Origin: Serratia phage vB_SmaM-Sureiya
Length of the DNA stretch: 32,000 bases
Sequence record: ON287370.1
Direction: 5' to 3' (one strand)
Of the stretch, positions 1-8,605 are shown piece after piece (position 1 is the first letter of the stretch; every line of letters starts with the position of its first letter). Below the pieces are notes generated by a model. That model ran no database searches. It was not told the origin of the DNA and saw only the letters and a list, made by a program, of their open reading frames with translations. A program made the position numbers and the translations under genes.

Positions 1-953
1 CCAACGAGAATCCATTAGTTCAATTTCTGCTAATGTTTTCCGTGAACGTAGAATGGGATCGCAACTACTTAATTAATGTAATTGATTCACACATTCAACA
101 GTATGCGAGCGCAGTCAATTTTACATCCCTCTATAATAGAGGTAAGAACCACCTGTTCAGCTTGTATCCTGAAAAGAATCACAATACACTTTTGGTTGTT
201 CCTTTTGATAAACCTTCTGCTTCACAAATTAATGGATACTTCAATAACGAAATAAATACACTCGTTCCGATTTATCCTATTTACACCACCGATACCAAAC
301 AGCGTTGGAACTCCATAGAGCTGATTGATACTAAAGATTATACATTAGGTACTGAAGCTTACACCATTGCTCAGATCGACGTGTATGCTCTTGTAATCGG
401 GTATTGGAGACACCTTCAACGTGGAGTGGAATGGGGTAACAGTCCTCATGGTTATTTGGCAGGCCTTCCTTTAATGAACTTCTATTTATATCATAATGAG
501 CTGGCTAACTACAATTACCTTAATGGTAATGCCGGTAAGATTGATATAAAGAAAGGCCCATTCAATCTGGAACCTTATTTCCAAAACCTGATTGACTATA
601 CTGACTTCAAGAATAGATACTTGTTATCTCAACCCATGAAGTCTTTCACTAACTTTGTACAAGTCAATGCCGTAACTAATATCTCAGTTGATCAGAATAA
701 AATGATCTTCCCTCAAGCAGGTAAGTCATTGTTCTTTGTTCAAATGAGTTGGGTATGGACCATTGCTTCATTGGGTATGGTGAAGCCTTATCTGGAATAC
801 AGTAACTTTGTTGGTGCCGTGGATGGTAAACTGAGAACTGATCTTGCTCTTTATTATCAGTTATCGGTAACTACTCAAGAAAACCAAATCAAAGATCCTG
901 TTTGGAGAAAGCATTTCAACATGCTTCACGAACAAGTTAGTCGTTTGAAATAA
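1..953 (+). CDS. Phage protein, 5'-truncated by the window edge (function unknown, possibly structural)
   Basis: The frame is open upstream of the track start at 33 (codons from position 3 read NENPLVQFLLMFSVNVEW with no stop), so the gene begins before the window. Stop at 951-953, followed by a hairpin terminator. Confidence 0.75.
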   Translation, partial: NENPLVQFLLMFSVNVEWDRNYLINVIDSHIQQYASAVNFTSLYNRGKNHLFSLYPEKNHNTLLVVPFDKPSASQINGYFNNEINTLVPIYPIYTTDTKQRWNSIELIDTKDYTLGTEAYTIAQIDVYALVIGYWRHLQRGVEWGNSPHGYLAGLPLMNFYLYHNELANYNYLNGNAGKIDIKKGPFNLEPYFQNLIDYTDFKNRYLLSQPMKSFTNFVQVNAVTNISVDQNKMIFPQAGKSLFFVQMSWVWTIASLGMVKPYLEYSNFVGAVDGKLRTDLALYYQLSVTTQENQIKDPVWRKHFNMLHEQVSRLK

Positions 954-970
954 ACATATATCTATCACGA

Positions 971-1002
971 ACCCTACCCGCTTAGTGCGAGGTAGGGTTC
1001 AA
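971..1002. terminator. Bidirectional terminator between convergent genes
   Basis: GAACCCTACC (971-980) pairs with GGTAGGGTTC (993-1002), with inner CGC/GCG. It lies between a + strand stop at 953 and a - strand stop at 1022. Confidence 0.75.
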
Positions 1003-1021
1003 TAGTTTTACATAGAATTGA

Positions 1022-3115
1022 TTAGTGTTCGTCGGATACTAAACGAGTTATGGAGTCATTCATGAAGTACAAACCAGTTGAGTTAAGAACCTCATAAACA
1101 CATTTAAGGTTCTGTTTGATAACGGTACGATAATCGATACATTGCTTGATTTCCGTAGGGATATCCGCCATGTACTGAAGACGTTCCATGGGTACAACTA
1201 GGTTACCTAAATCAGTACGACCTGTCTTCTCCATAAACTTCTCAAGCTTATCGGCCAGTTCACGATCTTCGATCTTTTCAATAAACTCTTTAACCTTGGT
1301 TTTACTACCTAAGTCAACTGACATCTTAACACCGATATATGGAAGCTCTGGAGCTGGACCATATTTATCGCTGAATACATTTTCCCACAGTTCATGGTAG
1401 AAGTATACTGATGCCATAGGCTTAGAATAAGCTGCGGCAGATTTAACACCTTGACGAGATAACCACTTCCAGTCACCTGCGTGAATATCATCAATGATTG
1501 TGCGTTCCAGGTCCCCAATCTCTTTCAGTGTTTCTGCTGCATTCAACTTCTGTTTCTTCTCGATAGCGACTAAAGTATCATTCATTAACTTCTGGGCGAA
1601 GTCTTTGATGTTCGATGCGATCTTAGAAGACTTAAGGTGAACCCCTTTGATTTCCATTTCTGGTTCATGGTTCATAACACCTTCAACCATAAGCTGGCTG
1701 GCATAATAGTGTTTAGACATCAAAGTAGTAACGTAAGCACCGAAGTAGTATTCATTCTTCATACCCAACATACGCAAGTTTTTCTTGGTTACGTTTAGGT
1801 TAGCCGACAATTGTTGGTGTTGGTCAACAGAAATCATGCGGATGAAGTAAGTCAGTACTGCGTTAAGTTTAACACCCTTATCACGGTCATGAGTATAAGC
1901 TTCGATCATTTCATCCACGGTATAAATCGAGGAGTCAGTGTCAGAAGTCAGTACACAGTCACGTACAGCAGATACAACATCAAATAAACCAGATGGTGGA
2001 ATTGGTGAATGGAAGAATTGACGCATGAAATCAGCATATTCAGTTTCAACCTTCATATGAGATTCATTCAGTGCGTTAACTGCGACCTTAGGTGGTTTAT
2101 TTGGAAGTTTGGAAATGCACAATGTCCACTTATCCCCGTTGTCTGGGGCTAAGTAATCATCAGCAGTTTTCCCTTCTTCTGGATCATTCATTGCGACCCA
2201 ACGATCAAAGAACTCTGAAACGACTTCACGGTTATGGTTAAACAACTGAACCAAATCCATGGTGTACAGAATAGATGAACGCTCTAAACCACTTAACTTC
2301 TCAACAAAGTCACGGATGATTCTGGTGTGACGGGCTGATTCCCAATAACGACGAGAGCAGTACTCTACTTGACCCATTACATCATCAACAGTCGCATAAT
2401 GGAGTTTATATTTCTCCATTACATCTTCCAGTGCTTTATAGTCAGTTACCTTAAGTCGAGCTACAATTGCCTGTAATGTGTTCTCTGGTGTATTATAGAA
2501 ACGGTTACCGGCAATGAACTGTTCATTAATAAGGTTAGCTGTGGAGGTCAAGCAACGACAAGTGGAAGTCAATGAAGTATGACCAGTCTTGTTGTTAATT
2601 GGTGTACCTTCGGAACTCATAGCGCCAGATTGGGCGTTGTTAAAGATCTTAAAGGCGTTTTGTAATTCGTGGTACTTACCATAGAGATCTGGATCGTTAT
2701 CAGCTTTAGCTTTCTGACGCAGTCCTTTATAGTAAGAACGGTTATCAATGAACAGACGTGTCCCAATTGAGTTAACACACTCTTCTTTATCTGAGTTGGT
2801 GTATGCAACCATTGATGGACTAAAGTGATAGTTATTAGCCTGAACATGTTTAAAGACAGAAGACAGAGGAATAACTTTCAACTCACGATCTTCGTTCTTA
2901 TTTTTGATAATAACTTTTGCACGACGAGAGCGGAACTTTTCCTGGTTAGATTTAAAATACTTCATCAGGTTCTGACGTACAGTATCTTCATCCTCACCGC
3001 GTACTCGACTTACAACTAAAGCGTATTGATTAACCGCATGTTTTAAAATGTTGCGATCACTGGTATATTCTTCTGAGAGGAATGGTCCAGCAGATGACAT
3101 ATTCAATTCCCTCAT
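1022..3115 (-). CDS. Family B-like DNA polymerase, polymerase-core segment (phiKZ-type)
   Basis: 697 aa. Contains a motif C-like LTSDTDSSIYTVDE and a motif B-like helix KIFNNAQSGAMSSEG...LTSTANLINEQFI. No motif A (DxxSLYPS) seen upstream. Confidence 0.7.
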   Translation of the reverse strand: MRELNMSSAGPFLSEEYTSDRNILKHAVNQYALVVSRVRGEDEDTVRQNLMKYFKSNQEKFRSRRAKVIIKNKNEDRELKVIPLSSVFKHVQANNYHFSPSMVAYTNSDKEECVNSIGTRLFIDNRSYYKGLRQKAKADNDPDLYGKYHELQNAFKIFNNAQSGAMSSEGTPINNKTGHTSLTSTCRCLTSTANLINEQFIAGNRFYNTPENTLQAIVARLKVTDYKALEDVMEKYKLHYATVDDVMGQVEYCSRRYWESARHTRIIRDFVEKLSGLERSSILYTMDLVQLFNHNREVVSEFFDRWVAMNDPEEGKTADDYLAPDNGDKWTLCISKLPNKPPKVAVNALNESHMKVETEYADFMRQFFHSPIPPSGLFDVVSAVRDCVLTSDTDSSIYTVDEMIEAYTHDRDKGVKLNAVLTYFIRMISVDQHQQLSANLNVTKKNLRMLGMKNEYYFGAYVTTLMSKHYYASQLMVEGVMNHEPEMEIKGVHLKSSKIASNIKDFAQKLMNDTLVAIEKKQKLNAAETLKEIGDLERTIIDDIHAGDWKWLSRQGVKSAAAYSKPMASVYFYHELWENVFSDKYGPAPELPYIGVKMSVDLGSKTKVKEFIEKIEDRELADKLEKFMEKTGRTDLGNLVVPMERLQYMADIPTEIKQCIDYRTVIKQNLKCVYEVLNSTGLYFMNDSITRLVSDEH

Positions 3116-3147
3116 TTAGAGAAAGAAAAAAAAAGTATTGGGTAAAT

Positions 3148-3185
3148 AGATTACCGAGCCTACCTTATGGTAAGCTCAGTAATCT
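3148..3185 (-). terminator. Strong hairpin terminator for the upstream - strand operon
   Basis: AGATTACCGAGCCTACC/ttat/GGTAAGCTCAGTAATCT gives a 17-bp stem with a 4-nt loop; on the - strand a T-tract follows about 15 nt later. Confidence 0.7.
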
Positions 3186-3190
3186 GATAA

Positions 3191-3622
3191 TTATTTCTTA
3201 TTAGTATCTTCGATAACCAGGGTGTACGTCACATTCATGCCTTCTAAGAAATCAACTAATGGTGCACGTTGATATTCCTGGAAGTTCTGAATGATTACCG
3301 TTGCATAACGGGACTGGATTGTTTTCAGTGAATCTTTGTCAATCCATGGGAAACCGATAACAATACGTTCAGCTTTGGTTGGGTCCAATTGCAGAATGAG
3401 ATAGTTATAAATTTCCGGGTTGTTTACGTTATCTACCGAATCTTTGAAGAATGGATAGAATGCCTGGTGTTTAGCATACACATCGGGATCGATAATGCGG
3501 GCTGTATTATAATCGACAATACCAGTAATTAAAGCGCTCTTATACTGAGCGCCAAAAATACCAGGTCGAATCATATCGAAGTTAATGATGTCGTTTTTCT
3601 GAAGAGTGTTCAAATCGCTCAT
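3191..3622 (-). CDS. Hypothetical protein (143 aa)
   Basis: Long ORF in a packed - strand operon; stop lies next to the terminator hairpin. Confidence 0.75.
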   Translation of the reverse strand: MSDLNTLQKNDIINFDMIRPGIFGAQYKSALITGIVDYNTARIIDPDVYAKHQAFYPFFKDSVDNVNNPEIYNYLILQLDPTKAERIVIGFPWIDKDSLKTIQSRYATVIIQNFQEYQRAPLVDFLEGMNVTYTLVIEDTNKK

Positions 3623-4233
3623 GGGTTAGAAACCTTTATCAAGATAATAGGGAAGGTTATCAAAGTATCCCCATACTTGACTACTTTACCAGCAACTGGA
3701 ACTACTTCAACATCAGTCAGAATTTCAAGATCCATTAATGCTCGGTCAATATGACCAAGAATAAACAGTTCCGCATCCGTCCACTGCATGTTGTTATAGG
3801 AGTCGATTAAATTGGAAAGGTTAGCACTGAACTCACCAATGGATTCTTCATCGGTGAAATCATAACCATCAAACTTAGTTGCGATTTCAAACAAACGGTT
3901 AAGTTCATCTTCTTCGCCGACACCGGCCAGGAACACTTCTTCAATCAAAGCCAGGGATTCACTGATTTCCATTCCTTTACTTTCAAGGAAGGTTTCAGTA
4001 TCATCACCAGGCATGAAATCAGACCACAAACTCACCACTCGGAAGAATTCTTCCACCAAACTGATTTCCAGTTCAGACATAGTGTTGCGTTTGTTTAATT
4101 TATATTTTTCACTGATGCTTTCAAAGATCTTACTTACAATCTCATCAGTCAGCGGTACATCGTCAAGATGATAATGCTTAACGAGACCATTAAGCAATTC
4201 ATCATAATCGAAGTTGTTTACATGAACGTACAT
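3619..4233 (-). CDS. Hypothetical acidic protein (204 aa)
   Basis: ORF with upstream Shine-Dalgarno (AGGAGAG) and 4-nt overlap with the next gene. Confidence 0.8.
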   Translation of the reverse strand: MYVHVNNFDYDELLNGLVKHYHLDDVPLTDEIVSKIFESISEKYKLNKRNTMSELEISLVEEFFRVVSLWSDFMPGDDTETFLESKGMEISESLALIEEVFLAGVGEEDELNRLFEIATKFDGYDFTDEESIGEFSANLSNLIDSYNNMQWTDAELFILGHIDRALMDLEILTDVEVVPVAGKVVKYGDTLITFPIILIKVSNP

Positions 4234-4242
4234 TACGCTCTC

Positions 4243-4560
4243 CTAGTAACAACTGAACCTCAAGTATACCGATGCTCCGTTAGATTGTGCGGTACACTGG
4301 ACAGTTGTATATTGACGGGATAAATCTTCCAGCATCAGCTTAAACTGCATATATTCAGTTACGAATCGCTGATCACGATTATTATCGCCACTGGTGAGAC
4401 CTTCAGTTGTGAAAGTCGGTGAAGTTGGTAGTTGGTGTTTAACACCGTACGCAGATAATAATAAAGCTATCGACGATACCAAGTTCTCCAATGGCACGCC
4501 AGGGAAAGTCATGGTGTGCGAGAACATTGCCAAAGGCTGTTCATTCAGGTTCTGTTGCAT
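4243..4560 (-). CDS. Hypothetical protein; start revised from 4590
   Basis: ATG at 4558-4560 (MQQNLNEQ) is preceded by TTAAGGAAAACCC on the - strand; this start shortens the overlap with the neighbour. Confidence 0.65.
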   Translation of the reverse strand: MQQNLNEQPLAMFSHTMTFPGVPLENLVSSIALLLSAYGVKHQLPTSPTFTTEGLTSGDNNRDQRFVTEYMQFKLMLEDLSRQYTTVQCTAQSNGASVYLRFSCY

Positions 4561-4843
4561 CTGGGTTTTCCTTAATATAGAACCGACCATTTAAGATGAA
4601 ATAATCTTCTACATTATCCGAATAGTCTAACTCACTTAAGAGTTCGTATATAATAGGCTTCATCTCACTTTTTAATGAGATCTCAAATGAACTAAACCAT
4701 TTGGACAATTGAACATTAAGAATTTCCTCCCGACGATGCGAGAGGAAATTCAGAATTATTCTAAAGAAGAGGTCCTGGTCTAGATTATATCGTTTTACTA
4801 TTCGAAGAAGTGGATAGATGTTAACCGATAACATCCTAACCAT
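4541..4843 (-). CDS. Hypothetical protein (100 aa)
   Basis: ORF in operon context. Confidence 0.65.
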   Translation of the reverse strand: MVRMLSVNIYPLLRIVKRYNLDQDLFFRIILNFLSHRREEILNVQLSKWFSSFEISLKSEMKPIIYELLSELDYSDNVEDYFILNGRFYIKENPDATEPE

Positions 4844-4851
4844 AGGACTCC

Positions 4852-5421
4852 TTATATAAAGTACTTCTCCAACATTTTGGGAAGTTCAGTTTTAGGGAAT
4901 GTGTCTTTTATAAACCATTCAACATCAAAGTTTGAACTTAACTTTTCATTCAGTCTTTGTTCAAATTCTTCAATGAAACCGATGACCTCTTGGACTTCAT
5001 GATCAATAGGTTCTTCGATTGGAGGAGGGATCAAATCTGCTGGGATATCACCATCGAAAAGGATAAACGTGTCAGGTCTGATATAACGTAACAAGTTATA
5101 AACTTTCTTGGTATCCAGAGCATAGATCATATTCAACCAATCACGGAATGATAATAAAAGTTCATCGAACTCTTCCGTAAGTGCATCGTGGTCAAACCAA
5201 AGATTCAGGTTAACTACCGGATGATAACCGCCAACGATATTAAAGCACCCCACATTTTTAACTAACCAAATACGAAGTGCATCAACTAAAGCTGGCTTAT
5301 CCTCTTCCTTTATTAAAGTAGAGGCCAGGTGCTGCTTAGACTCAAGGTAAGATTCAACTTCAATATCGAATCTCCCTACTAGAATAAACTCACCAGTTGT
5401 AGGCTGCTTCAAGTTGCTCAT
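4852..5421 (-). CDS. Hypothetical protein (189 aa)
   Basis: ORF in operon context. Confidence 0.75.
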   Translation of the reverse strand: MSNLKQPTTGEFILVGRFDIEVESYLESKQHLASTLIKEEDKPALVDALRIWLVKNVGCFNIVGGYHPVVNLNLWFDHDALTEEFDELLLSFRDWLNMIYALDTKKVYNLLRYIRPDTFILFDGDIPADLIPPPIEEPIDHEVQEVIGFIEEFEQRLNEKLSSNFDVEWFIKDTFPKTELPKMLEKYFI

Positions 5422-5863
5422 AAGTTGGGTTCTCTGATACCATCAGTGTTTCTTCGACTTCTTCAGTTCCGTCTGGTAAGCTAGACATCATAGATGCCAT
5501 TGTTGCTTCCAAATCCATCCCAATACCATAGAGTTTATGAAGACCGATTGGGCGAGTCACGATTTTGTATTTCAGTCGATTATCGAACCCAGCTTGAATG
5601 AACTGAGTTTTAATATCCACAACCAACTGACGAACTGTTTCTGCCAACCATGGCAAGTTCTTATCATCAGGATAAAGTGAATACTGCTCATCAATTGCAT
5701 CATCGATGTTACGGATCTTACTATTCATAACACCCAAAGCCATATCAAGTACAACATGGAAGTACTTAATGTATTCTGGCTGTTTATCTTCTACATTGCG
5801 TAGATTGGGTTCGAGGGATATTGCGATAGCCGTTATTAGTGATGGCCTATCGATGTTAAACAT
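5390..5863 (-). CDS. Hypothetical protein (157 aa)
   Basis: ORF in operon context. Confidence 0.75.
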   Translation of the reverse strand: MFNIDRPSLITAIAISLEPNLRNVEDKQPEYIKYFHVVLDMALGVMNSKIRNIDDAIDEQYSLYPDDKNLPWLAETVRQLVVDIKTQFIQAGFDNRLKYKIVTRPIGLHKLYGIGMDLEATMASMMSSLPDGTEEVEETLMVSENPTYEQLEAAYNW

Positions 5864-5866
5864 GAC

Positions 5867-6160
5867 TTATTCCCGATTATGTAAAGTGAGTTGGAATTGA
5901 AGATTACCGAGGTCAGATAAGACCGCGACATCTGGAGTGGGGATGAACAACAATTTCTCTTCAGCATAAGCCTTTACGTTCTCAAACACAATGGCGTGTT
6001 CTAAAGAGAGATTAGCATCAAAGTGGTGATGATCTACTGGGAGTCCTTGATCTAAACAGATTCTGGATAAAATAGCATGTGCTGTCCCAACATCATTTTT
6101 AGATATTTGAGACAATGCTCCGCGTTGATTTGCTAAATTAAATAAGATCTTCATAGGCAA
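5867..6160 (-). CDS. Hypothetical protein (97 aa)
   Basis: ORF in operon context. Confidence 0.65.
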   Translation of the reverse strand: MPMKILFNLANQRGALSQISKNDVGTAHAILSRICLDQGLPVDHHHFDANLSLEHAIVFENVKAYAEEKLLFIPTPDVAVLSDLGNLQFQLTLHNRE

Positions 6161-6162
6161 TA

Positions 6163-6187
6163 TAAAAAGCCCTGGACATGCCAGGGC
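6163..6187 (-). terminator. Rho-independent terminator downstream of phuZ
   Basis: On the - strand GCCCTGG-CATGT-CCAGGGC is followed directly by TTTTTAT. Confidence 0.85.
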
Positions 6188-6196
6188 CTCCAGTTA

Positions 6197-7147
6197 TTAC
6201 ATCATACCGTCATCGTCAGAACTACCGAACAGGTCAACTTCTTTATTACGGAATTGACCGGCCAGTTCATTGTTCTTGGTTTCTTTATTTTCGATCAGGG
6301 TTTTCAGTGACTGAATGGTATCACCATGATCCAGTACTGCGTGTACAGGAACAGACATACCAGAGAACGATTCGCCGAACAGACCTGACTTACGATACAA
6401 CATGTTTTCGAATGGCGCACGGATTTCGTCAATGTTGTTATACAGGCTGATAGCCGCAACCGGTTTACGATCATAGCGACCGATATCACCTTCAGCCAGG
6501 AAAGTCACCTGACTCATGATTGGATCAGCTTGTGTCACATCAGTAAAGAAGAAGAAGTTCTTGATGTCTGCATAATCGATGCGTTCGTTTTCCATGTTGA
6601 ACATCATCAATGCATTATCAATTTCACCAACTGCACGTTGGTTAACCTGACCCTGAGAAACAGTTGCGCTGTTTTCAATGTAGTTGAACAGAACTGGAGA
6701 ACCAGTTTTGATCTGGTTGTACATCGAGCCCAGAGCTTCAACGGTGTTCTTCTCTTCATTGAAGGTAGACTTGTCACCAATACAGATAACTAGTACTGGG
6801 ATCTTTTTCTGCAGCAGATAGCGCAGAGCATAAGGACCCATTGAAGCACCAGTACCGCCAGACAGTGAATAAGTCAGGATGTTGATTTTGTTTGGTTTGT
6901 ATTTAGCAAACACTTGTTTAACAAAGTCGGCATACTTATCAGCATGAGCACGACGATCACCACCAGAACCTTCAACACCTTCCAGACGTTCTAGTGGATA
7001 CATTCCGTCAACTACTGGGTTTGCTTCAGAAGTATCCAGGGCAACTACCTGATCGATGAAACGACTGTTCTTACCTTCTGAAAGATAACGGTTCAGAATG
7101 TTGATACCAGTGCCACCGAAATGATAGAGGTTAAAGTCTTTAGACAT
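6197..7147 (-). CDS. phuZ: PhuZ-type phage tubulin/FtsZ-fold cytoskeletal protein
   Basis: N-terminal FGGTGINI, tubulin signature-like loop LTYSLSGGTGASMGP, and an acidic GSSDDDGMM C-terminal tail resembling the PhuZ tail. Confidence 0.88.
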   Translation of the reverse strand: MSKDFNLYHFGGTGINILNRYLSEGKNSRFIDQVVALDTSEANPVVDGMYPLERLEGVEGSGGDRRAHADKYADFVKQVFAKYKPNKINILTYSLSGGTGASMGPYALRYLLQKKIPVLVICIGDKSTFNEEKNTVEALGSMYNQIKTGSPVLFNYIENSATVSQGQVNQRAVGEIDNALMMFNMENERIDYADIKNFFFFTDVTQADPIMSQVTFLAEGDIGRYDRKPVAAISLYNNIDEIRAPFENMLYRKSGLFGESFSGMSVPVHAVLDHGDTIQSLKTLIENKETKNNELAGQFRNKEVDLFGSSDDDGMM

Positions 7148-7194
7148 GATTTTACTTTCCTTTAAATGAGATTGGTTTTTGTCAGATGGAGATT

Positions 7195-7224
7195 AAGTCT
7201 CACAGATCGAAATCTAAGAGACTT
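7195..7224 (-). terminator. Possible hairpin terminator upstream of phuZ
   Basis: AAGTCTC (7195-7201) pairs with GAGACTT (7218-7224), 16-nt loop, intergenic. Confidence 0.4.
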
Positions 7225-7289
7225 TTCTACCTACATGATACAAACAGTAGTATTACTTAAAACAATTGCTTACAACGTGTCCTGCGAAC

Positions 7290-7694
7290 TTATTGCAGTA
7301 TCTGACACAGAATGTTCTCAGCTTCATCTTGGATGATCTGAGCAATACCATCAGTAAGTTCTTGTTCATCTTCAGCATACAGCGGGAAGTCCATGACTAC
7401 CATTTGACCAACTGGTGTTGCTGGGAAATGATAACCTTGTTTCATGACCGCTTTGCCAGTAAAGGTAGATTGAATGCGAATCAGGAAGTTACCAGCACCC
7501 GCTTCTTGCACAGGAGCTGCGGCAGCTTGTACGGTAAAGTTCAGGTCACCTTCGGTAATGTTGATACTGAAGCCGACTGTGTCTTCAAACTTCCACATGT
7601 TTGGGATCTGTTTACCTTTGATCTCTTCCATGATCTCTACCAGCTTACGGGTAGCGAATACTTTTACTGCAGAAGTGCTTTTATCGATTGACAT
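7290..7694 (-). CDS. Hypothetical protein (134 aa)
   Basis: ORF with SD-like AAAGGAAATG upstream. Confidence 0.8.
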   Translation of the reverse strand: MSIDKSTSAVKVFATRKLVEIMEEIKGKQIPNMWKFEDTVGFSINITEGDLNFTVQAAAAPVQEAGAGNFLIRIQSTFTGKAVMKQGYHFPATPVGQMVVMDFPLYAEDEQELTDGIAQIIQDEAENILCQILQ

Positions 7695-8058
7695 TATTCA
7701 TTTCCTTTACTTTAGTGATTTTATCTATTAATAACGGGGCAACTGTTTTCTGGAGAATCTCGATAATAGATCGTCCGACAATTGCTTGACGTTTGCGGAA
7801 GAAGGTGAATGATTCACGTTCTCTTATCTTCAGTATGCTGATTGCGATACTTGTGTTCTTTTCTGGATATTCCAGATTGATTTCAGTACGGCAGATCAAA
7901 CATATATCAGAAGCTATTTTGTACCTGAAACTTACAAAGATACTTTTACGATCTCCAGGGTTAAGTACCTTTATAAAGTACACATCTTTATAAGCTTTTG
8001 GTTGTCTTAGAAATGCTGCGTCCTCCAGAATCTCATTTACTGTTTTTCTTATTCCCAT
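7681..8058 (-). CDS. Hypothetical protein (125 aa)
   Basis: Overlapping ORF in operon. Confidence 0.7.
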   Translation of the reverse strand: MGIRKTVNEILEDAAFLRQPKAYKDVYFIKVLNPGDRKSIFVSFRYKIASDICLICRTEINLEYPEKNTSIAISILKIRERESFTFFRKRQAIVGRSIIEILQKTVAPLLIDKITKVKEMNNVNR

Positions 8059-8473
8059 TATTTAATTCCTCATTAGCTTTTAGAACTGTTAATAATTCAG
8101 CATTAGACTGAACGATTATTTTAATCCAGTTCACTTGCTCTTGAGTGGACATGCTTTCATTAGTATCCATATTTACAGTGTGAATACTAACCCCACCGAA
8201 TCTATAGAAAATCCCTGTACTTGTATAAGCTACTTCCATCACATCCGTCACATGTTTATGCTTGGGAGTTTGGAAACCTATTGTAAAATAGGCTAATAGC
8301 CCAGGTTCATTGATCTGCATTTTACCAATGACCATGTAAAGATTTTTAATAGATGTATTTAGATAAGCACATGGGTTTAAGAATTGATCAGATATCTTAT
8401 CCCTGATGGATTGCATGATTACATTCACACCCCCACATACTTGATCCACTACTGGTTCAATATCTACACTCAT
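8033..8473 (-). CDS. Hypothetical protein (146 aa)
   Basis: ORF in operon context. Confidence 0.7.
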   Translation of the reverse strand: MSVDIEPVVDQVCGGVNVIMQSIRDKISDQFLNPCAYLNTSIKNLYMVIGKMQINEPGLLAYFTIGFQTPKHKHVTDVMEVAYTSTGIFYRFGGVSIHTVNMDTNESMSTQEQVNWIKIIVQSNAELLTVLKANEELNNGNKKNSK

Positions 8474-8559
8474 AAATTCAAATCTCCACTTTATACATGG
8501 TGATAATATTTGTTTGAAATTTTATACCCTTCCCAAAAAAAATAACATTGAAGTGTAAC

Positions 8560-8587
8560 CTCTAGGTACCCAATTGGGTACCTAGAG
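8560..8587 (-). terminator. Perfect 12-bp hairpin at the 3' end of the 8606-10483 gene
   Basis: CTCTAGGTACCC-AATT-GGGTACCTAGAG, a perfect inverted repeat 18 nt downstream of the stop; no immediate U-tract. Confidence 0.55.
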
Positions 8588-8605
8588 TATTATTACTTAT
8601 TTTAA

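Noticed and set aside
1188-1518. ORFs 1188-1400 (+) and 1309-1518 (-) inside the polymerase gene
   Set aside because: Overlap the long polymerase ORF in other frames with unconvincing composition; treated as shadow ORFs.
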